This document shows positions 57,101 to 64,000 of a stretch of 64,000 nucleotides of DNA, in pieces. The notes beneath the pieces were generated by a model. That model did no database searches, had not been told where the DNA came from, and saw nothing but the letters and a program-made list of their open reading frames with translations. Source of the DNA: Paraspadella gotoi (taxonomy: Eukaryota > Animalia > Chaetognatha); the NCBI GenBank assembly GCA_051294375.1, contig JBJCIZ010000028.1:1032100-1096099 (forward strand), in the 5' to 3' direction. Within the stretch, counting starts at the first letter, position 1, and each line of letters opens with the position of its first letter. A program made the translations under genes and the position numbers.

Positions 57101-57857
57101 TAAGCAAACTTAATTTTAAACTAAAGAAATAATAATAATAAAGGTAAATAAGTTAGATAATGAGATGTAAGTAAAAATGAAAATAGAAAAATAAGTGGTT
57201 AGGGAAGGATAAGATAATAGTAAGGGAAATAAAGTAAAGAAAAGAGCTCAAAATTGCCAAATGTAGTGATTTTTCCCTCTCTCTCTTACCAGTTTTCAAA
57301 ATTTATTCACTCTCTCTCCTTCCCTATCCTCACCTTCTCTTGTCTTCCCATCATCCTTTTCTTAATTCTTTGTTGGAAACTCTTCTTTCTCTCTCTCTCT
57401 CTCTCTCACCAACTCAATGTTTGTGAAACCAAAATCTGTAGAGTCAAACCGCTGATGAAGACTCGAAAAAGCAAGAGTCAAAATATATCCGACCTTTATT
57501 GTTGATAAAATTGTTATTGCTAATTAATTCATTTTCCATTAAATAAAAAAATATAATCTCTCTCTTTTTAGAGTCGGGATCTGCTGATAAGCAGATCCGA
57601 CTAATAACCATGAAAAATTCAAAATAAAACGCATTTAATTTATTCAAAAGTTATGGTTCAAAGCTTAAATATGACAAGCCTGGAAAAAAGTGGTAGCTTT
57701 GACTAATTCTTTCCTCCCATAATTCCACTCAGAGAACGGGAACAAAATCTGTATATTTTCCTCAAATTTCTTCATCCTCTTCTACAACGACAACAACTTG
57801 ACTATCAAATTTTTGTTGTCGAACAAAGCGGAGACAAAGCAAAGCCATTTAACAAAG
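44860..57857 (+). CDS. Beta-1,4-galactosyl/N-acetylgalactosaminyltransferase (GT7, bre-4-like), 5' six exons; gene continues beyond
   Basis: Phase-consistent exons 44860-44929, 44997-45098, 45273-45476, 48649-48745, 48807-48887, 57733-57857: type II membrane anchor, Thr-rich stem, CEISSDLGPM, GGSWKPKNCIAAGKVAIIVPFR-EREQNLYIFLKFLHPLLQRQQLDYQIFVVEQSGDKAKPFNK. Missed by the ORF track. Confidence 0.9.
45736..47089 (+). mobile_element. DINE-1/HINE-like family 2 copy with duplicated 3' end and nested tRNA-head insert
   Basis: ATCGTCGCAATCGCTTTGGGTTTGCGACGAT 5' hairpin, near-identity to 36734-37379, 3' block repeated (~46580-46685 and ~46980-47089). Confidence 0.65.
46431..46558 (+). mobile_element. 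tRNA-head fragment of the twister family ending at the predicted cleavage site
   Basis: GGTGGA..TCCACC hairpin, A box TGGTGCCAGAGG (46469-46480), B box GGTTCAAGCCC (46513-46523), then TAGCAG TTTA GTGG GA CGG GGCGCT; absent from the paralogous HINE at 36734. Confidence 0.55.
47755..48585. repeat. Foldback array of ~15-nt GGATTCCTCCCACAC units inverted about ~48160
   Basis: Left half (GGATTCCTCCCAYAC)n, right half (GTGTGGGAGGAATCC)n; accounts for the repetitive ORFs at 47719-48754. Confidence 0.85.
48960..49230 (+). repeat. ~20-nt minisatellite (ATGATAACCAAATATTGATGCG); reverse-complement array at ~62120-62360
   Basis: Direct inspection of units and of the CATCAATGAATGACTATCATCG array at 62120-62360. 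Confidence 0.75.
51556..57550 (+). repeat. ~1.2-kb direct duplication (51556-52765 vs 56342-57550)
   Basis: Both start AATTTAGTGATGACCCTGAATGAGAGT and are near-identical, including the inverted hammerhead-like pair. Confidence 0.8.
53395..55925. mobile_element. Element with ~490-bp inverted arms enclosing an 18-nt minisatellite, interrupted by HINE repeats
   Basis: 53395-53885 is the reverse complement of ~55432-55925; CATAATTTGGTCAACTGG arrays at 53886-54080 and 55300-55435 are in the same orientation. Confidence 0.7.
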
Positions 57858-58968
57858 GTATGTATCAGTCTTTTAAATTAACATTTTCAACAATAATTTT
57901 AAGATCTGACTGTATTTCGTATACATTATACAAGGTGGCACACGACAACTAGCTGCTAGAAAAAAATCGTCATTTGCAAACTTTTGAAGATTTTTTTAAT
58001 CTGAAAGATTCTTTCTGTAGTAAAAACCAAAATCATAAATATATTTAAATTTTATATTGACTATTATTTTGATTTGACTTGGCAATGAGCGGAGAAAAGT
58101 TTCTTTCAAAATCGAATTTCATTTTAAAACTTTTTTTTCTTCAATCTGTTTTAAATTAAAAAAAATACTTAAAAAGGTATCAATATTACTATTAAAAATA
58201 CTGTAATATAAAAATAAGCCTATCCAGCTTTATATCAAAAAAGGTATTCAAAACTAAGATAATTATTGCAAACAATATCGGATCTGCCCACGATCATTAG
58301 CGGTAATTAATTAATTAATACAAACTATATAAACTAAAATAATAATTTAATTAATAAATTAATTAATTTGATCCGAAATGTTTGTTTTTAGGTCTTTTGA
58401 TCACTGACCACGATAAAAGCAACAACGACGATGATGGCGACGACGACAATAATGCCGATAACGATTGACTTGATTGATTGATTAATTAATTAATTCATTT
58501 ATAAAAAAATTAATTGATTGGATAATTAATTAATCGATTAATTGACCAAGAAATTAATTAATTTATTAATTAACAGATTAATTAATTGATTAATTAATAC
58601 ATCTTTAATTTATATTTAATATAGAAAGAAAAAGAAGCATAATCAAATAGTTAATCAGGTTTTTTGTTTTTTTCATTTAAACTCATTTCCACTCAGATGA
58701 TTCCATCGAAACTTGATTTCCAGCTTAATCACACACTTTCACACACTTTTACCCACATACAAAATTTCAAGTCAATCGCCCCGTCCATTTAAACTCATTT
58801 CCACGTGCACGATTCCAAGCAAGGGTAAATCTTTCATTTGTCATTGGTGAGAGTTTGGTGGTCCTATCACCTCAGATGGATTAAAGCTGTTTCTTTCGCA
58901 GCGCCTCAGTGGCTCAGTGGACTAATGCACCATCCCAATGTGCGTCCCTGGTTCGAGCCCTGAGGTTG

Positions 58969-59049
58969 TCATGTAGAAAGTGGGATGGACCGGGTAACCC
59001 GCCTGTAGGCATAGGCCTACTGCCAGATCCAAAGCTCTGGACTACATGA
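58969..59049 (+). ncRNA. Type-P5 twister ribozyme, unit 1
   Basis: TCATGTAG(P5) AAA GTGG(P2') GA TGG ACCGGG TAA CCC(P2) GCC T GTAGGC-ATAG-GCCTAC(P3) TG CCAGA TCCAAAGC TCTGG(P4) A CTACATGA(P5'); T1 CCA/TGG, T2 GC/GC; predicted cleavage U58995/A58996. Confidence 0.8.
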
Positions 59050-59378
59050 ACATGCTGTCTTGCTGTCGCCACGAGGTGACACCGCTGCGGGTGATCCGAA
59101 CACGCAAACCGGGCATGATAATAGTCCTCTGCCCTTGATGTGGTTTGAGCTACGCAGCTGCCACTCAAAGCAAGGCCAACAGAATGAAGAGAGGTTCAGC
59201 GGAGAGACATGCGCTTCATCCCCTACTTCGTACTCTTATATGTGAGAGACCTGGGGGCGGCTGTCTGGTGGTCCTATCACCACAGATGGATTAAAGCTGT
59301 TTCTTTCGCAGCGCCTCAGTGGCTCAGTGGACTAATGCACCATCCCAATGTGCGTCCCTGGTTCGAGCCCTGAGGTTG

Positions 59379-59458
59379 TCATGTAGAAAGTGGGATGGAC
59401 CGGGTAACCCGCCTGTAGGCATGGGCCTACTGCAGATCCAAAGCTCTGGACTACATGA
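59379..59458 (+). ncRNA. Type-P5 twister ribozyme, unit 2
   Basis: Same as unit 1 except a P3 loop change and one C missing from P4; predicted cleavage U59405/A59406. Confidence 0.75.
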
Positions 59459-61344
59459 ACATGCTGTCTCGCTGTCGCCACGAGGTGACACCGCTGCGGG
59501 TGTGGCGCCCTGTAAAACCAGCCTCTTTAAGGGTCAGTTTTGTTAAATTCCAACTTTTATTGCTTTACACTATTATAAAGCCTATACCCAAAAATTATTG
59601 TTTTGGCTCAATCTGTGTCTTTCTTTTTATTTGTTTTCATTGTGTAATTTTTCTCTCTTTTCGTTGTTCAATAAGATAGCAGATTCGATAACGAAAGTTT
59701 TAGTATTTTTTTACAACGATTTTATTTACAAAATATTGGACATGTTTCGACTCTTGTTTTTCGAGTCTTGTTTTCAGAAAAAAATTTTATTCCTGTTAAA
59801 TCTTTTACAACATGATAACTTAAAAAATATGGCAAAAAATATCCTCTTTGTACTTGCAAATACAATTATGTCAAAATTATACTGTGGGAATGAATAAACG
59901 AGATTGTGAAAGAGTCTTGATTGAATGCTTGCAAGGAACTTCTCTGTCATTATTTTGCACACCGTGGCGAAAAAAAAGTAGCCACTTTCACATAAAAAAA
60001 ACGTATTGAATAGCTGAATTTTACAAAGATATAGAAACATAAAATAAATCTTATTGAAAGATGAAGCGATTGGTCCAAGTCCCAGTAAAATCGAGCGGAG
60101 CGTTCGAAAGTTATAGGACGACAAAGTCGATTGGTACAAAAATCGAGAAAGAAGACAGAATAGAGGCTCACCCTACCGCCTCTCTCCCCACCGGGCTTTC
60201 TTTTTCCCCCCCTCAACGTCTCTTCCTTCTTCTCCCTTCGTCTTCCCCTTCTCTTCATCCCCGAGTCAAGGATCGGGTCTTGGAGATCGGCCTCACTCTC
60301 GTCTTACGATCTCGCGGTCCTCAAGCCTTCCTTCTTCCCTCTCCCCTTTTATGTAACCTTATTCCCTTTCCCTTTTACCAATATACATCCTCACCTTACT
60401 TACCTCTTTTTCCGGACGAAAGCATAATCAGATCCTTACCATAGATAGATACATACCTTCAGAGGAAGAATTAGTTTTTGTCAAAAATGTTAAAATGTTT
60501 ATAATATGAAATTGGCTGAACAAATTCAGCATAGAATATCTCTAGGGATAGATTTTAATTATTTTTTACCTAAAGCAAATTAAAATAAGTAAGGAAACTA
60601 TATAAAAAAAAATTAGTCACAAAAATAAGTATCATCAACTTAACCTCCAAATAGGGCTGCGCATCGTTCGAATCGAAGTTCCGATCAAGATTCCTTTAAA
60701 TTTCACTTCTATTCAAAACTGCATAGTCACGGCCCAAAAAAATTATATCAATATGGGCAGATTTTGAAAGCTTGGCGTCTTGGGAAGCCAACGGAGGTAG
60801 AGCGCGATCGAAATTCCCATTTTATCATGCCCAAAAATGGTATTTAAATTGACTGGTCAGGCCGTTTTTTCCCTTTTACCAAAAAACCTGCTTGATCTTT
60901 TGTAAAATAGAACAAATCATACATATCCGTACGGTTTCGGATAGCTTATTGTCTTCTCTATAAGATAAAAAAAAGAAAAGTTTAAACTCTTGCAATCTTG
61001 AATGCTTGATAAAGCAATTAAATGAACTGCTTTTTTAAGTGAAAACTGCATAGTCAAGCCTTCATATTTTTTTTGTTTTAAAACCATCGAAAGAAACTAT
61101 ATTGTTTTTACTATCTGTTTCAGGTAGAGCGCGGAGCTAAATTTAGTCTATTTATATTAAATTTCATGCAAATACGAATGAAGTCCGTATATCGCACGGT
61201 AAAGTCGTTTTTAAGCGCAATCCGGGCCGTATTTAAAACTTGTTATAGAGGTTATCTAATGAGGATTTCGATCAAAAAAAAGGATTGATCATGCGCGATC
61301 CGGGCTGGATTAAAACCGCTTTTCAACATGGCTTTACCGTATTT

Positions 61345-61447
61345 TAACGGAATAGAACAGAATGGAACGGATTGGAACGGAATGGAATGGAACGGAATCG
61401 AACGGAACGGAATGGAACGGAATGGAACGGAAAGGAAAGGAAAGGAT
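61345..61447 (+). repeat. (GGAAY)n pentanucleotide microsatellite
   Basis: GGAAT/GGAAC/GGAAA units in tandem. Confidence 0.8.
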
Positions 61448-61784
61448 TTCGACCCTATTCAGATTCGTCGAAAAACAAGTTCAGCTCTGCAGCGGCGGTC
61501 CAGCGGCTGTCCTGCTTCTCTCTATCTTTCTCTCTCTCTCTCTCTCTGATTATTTTTTTCCTTCTAAAAACTTTTATTATCGCCATTTATTTCGCGCTTT
61601 TTTCTCTTGACCTCGTGGCCGTTACGGGGTAACGAGTAAACAATGTTGAGGAACATGACCTAATAATGCGTCTCGTTGGCGGGAAAACTTTCGTTGTAAA
61701 TAAAGTTCGATCGTCTTGACCTTGATTTCACCACCGTCACTTGGCGACGAGTAAACGAGTTCCGGCTCTGCAGCGTCTGTCCAG

Positions 61785-61819
<35 letters not shown>

Positions 61820-62045
61820 ACAAAAAAAAAATTTATTCACTTATTCACAATGTAGAAGACGATGCCGCGAGCAGTTCACCATCTGTTGCACACAAGGACA
61901 TTTTCTTTTTTTTTACTTTTTTTTCGCTTTTCTTTCTCTCTCTCTCTCTTTGATTATTTTTTTTCTTCTAAAAACTTTTATTATCGCCATTTATTCCGAT
62001 TTATTATACAAAATCTCTTATTTACATCCGAGATTTTCGTAGATT

Positions 62046-62092
<47 letters not shown>

Positions 62093-64000
62093 ACTCATAC
62101 ACGCATTTGTTTGTTTTATTTACGATGAATGACTATAATCGCATCAATGAATGACTATCATCGCATCAATGAATGACTATCATCGTATCAATGAATGATT
62201 ATCATCACATCAATGAATGACTATCGCATCAATATTGGTTATCATCGCATCAATATTTGGTTATCATCGCCTCAATAATCAATTACTATTACATCAATCA
62301 ATTACTATTACATCAATCATTTACTATTGCATAAATAATTCGTTATCGCATCAATCATTCGTTTTTTTTCCCGAATTTTTTCATTAATTTTCTTTGATAA
62401 TTTTCTGGTGAGATAACTACTCATTTAAGATCTTTTTCTCAATTATTGTTTAAAATGCTTTGATAAATAAAACTCTATAATAATTTTTTTTAATTAATAG
62501 TGTGGAGCTAAAAATGGCGCTACGCCATGCCACGTTTGATCTCCTCTCCTCCCTTTCCTCCGCCTTTTAATTTCTACAATCTCCGTCGATTTTTTTTCGG
62601 TTTAAATTCTTGCAACTTGAAAAAATCATGAATAGCGTGAAAAAGTGTTAAATGGTGGATAAAAAAATTTAATGTCGTCCCATTACCCAATCACTTAATC
62701 AATTTCTCTCAAAATTTCATTAAATGTTGCGATAAAATGTATCTGTATTTTCATGTTAAAACTTTGAAAAAATATTTTGTCAAAATAAAGATATTTAATT
62801 AAACAATAAATGAAAATATGAGACAAATCTACTAAACAATGGAATATACCAAAGTCTAGAAAACATATATAGATTCTTAACATAATAGGGAAGAGATTAC
62901 ACCAATTTTATACTCATAGATCAATTTTATATGATGATATACAGTAAAATAACTTTTGTAAAAAAAATTATCGATGTATTATTGGCCGGGACATCAGGGG
63001 ACTCATTTTCAAGGTTTTAAAGATGGTGATAAAGGTTAAGCAAAGGTTTCAGCATCATATGTTACCTTAGGGTTTTACTCCGAAATTTTTTTTCTTGATA
63101 CTGTGGTACAAACAAATATAAACTTTAAAAATAATACTAGATAATTGTAATTTAAAATAGTATTTTTTTGCATAACAGTTAGAATTATGTTTGTGTATTT
63201 TGTTTTCCAAAGATCAAGTCTTATCTTTCAATATGTTTTATACAGTAATTTTTTTAAAATGTCTTCTTTTTTGTTTTGAATTCCCTATGTTTTTTCGGGA
63301 AATAGAAAAATAAATATCTCACCAAACACTTCCGGTTCCTATCTTCTGCTCTCTTATCTTTTCTCTTTGATATTCTATCATAATTATAGTATTTTTATAA
63401 CTTATATTCATTAGAATTCTATATTTTCCTGGTTTCGTTTATTTAATTACTTCTTATGAGGCCCGGATCGCGCCTAATCAAAATTGCCGATCTAAAGCTT
63501 AAAACTACGCGTAGTACAAATCCTTGTTGGATCAAAATGAGTAAAATTTTAAGCGAAAGTTGATCGGTTTGAAGTGCGATTTTCGCGATCGCTTTTTTGT
63601 CATAACTTTTGAACGGATTATCCGATTTTGATAAAATTTTGCATGCAGATAATATTCAAAATTTTCTATCGAACGGTGCCCAATTCATTGTATAATACTT
63701 AATGGTTTAGAAACGATGCACACCCCCACTCCAAAGATCATTTTTTAGCCCAATTCCGTTTTCAGACTTTAAAAGTATTGTTGTATTCTACTGCCTGAAC
63801 CAATTAATTTTTTTTTACTAATCTATATCTTTTTAAAAAAGCTATAATTTTAATAAATATTTTTTTAAAATTAAAAAAAGTAATAGTGGTTGTACCAATT
63901 TCATAATGAAAATGAATAAAAAAATAAGTAATATGAATTTGTTAACATGGGAAAGCCATGTTAATATTGTTATATAAATTAGCTTTTTCTAATATTTTTT

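Larger units (their letters stand above)
58856..59502 (+). mobile_element. 410-bp head-to-tail repeat (~1.6 units): tRNA-like Pol III head + type-P5 twister ribozyme
   Basis: TGGTGGTCCTATCAC at 58856 and 59266 (period 410); A box TGGCTCAGTGG 58910-58920, B box GGTTCGAGCCC 58950-58960; GC-rich and hairpin-rich; no TTTT until ~59537. Confidence 0.8.

Noticed and set aside
58392-58470. Next GT7 exon
   Set aside because: Stops quickly, lacks the expected N.GF / DVD motifs and lies in a HINE remnant.
58902-58966. Functional tRNA gene (also 46462-46531)
   Set aside because: A/B boxes are present but the cloverleaf arms are incomplete and embedded in repeats; treated as tRNA-derived heads.
60653-63726. 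Large TIR element bounded by GGGCTGCGCATCGTTC / GAAACGATGCACACCC
   Set aside because: Short imperfect match and no transposase or target-site duplication identified; unsupported without a repeat library.

Overview
Eukaryotic (invertebrate animal-like) intron-rich genomic DNA with N-gaps and frequent single-base indels that look like sequencing errors. Plus-strand spliced genes in order: 3' part of TRAF7, ethanolamine kinase, enhancer of rudimentary (ERH), three tandem retinol-dehydrogenase-like SDRs (plus a probable assembly duplication), a glucosylceramidase (GH30) with a DIRS1-like tyrosine-recombinase retrotransposon in one intron, and the 5' half of a beta-1,4-galactosyl/GalNAc-transferase (GT7). 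The right half is dominated by non-autonomous repeats: DINE-1/HINE-like elements, MITEs, a foldback array and Penelope-type minimal hammerheads. The main finding is a dispersed, divergent family of tRNA-headed (Pol III A/B box) repeats carrying a circularly permuted, type-P5 twister ribozyme whose P1 stem is replaced by a short palindrome. It occurs as a 410-bp head-to-tail array (58856-59502) and at five other loci with compensatory base changes, suggesting a 'twister retrozyme/SINE' that may cleave as a dimer. All structural alignments were done by eye; no searches or folding programs were run.
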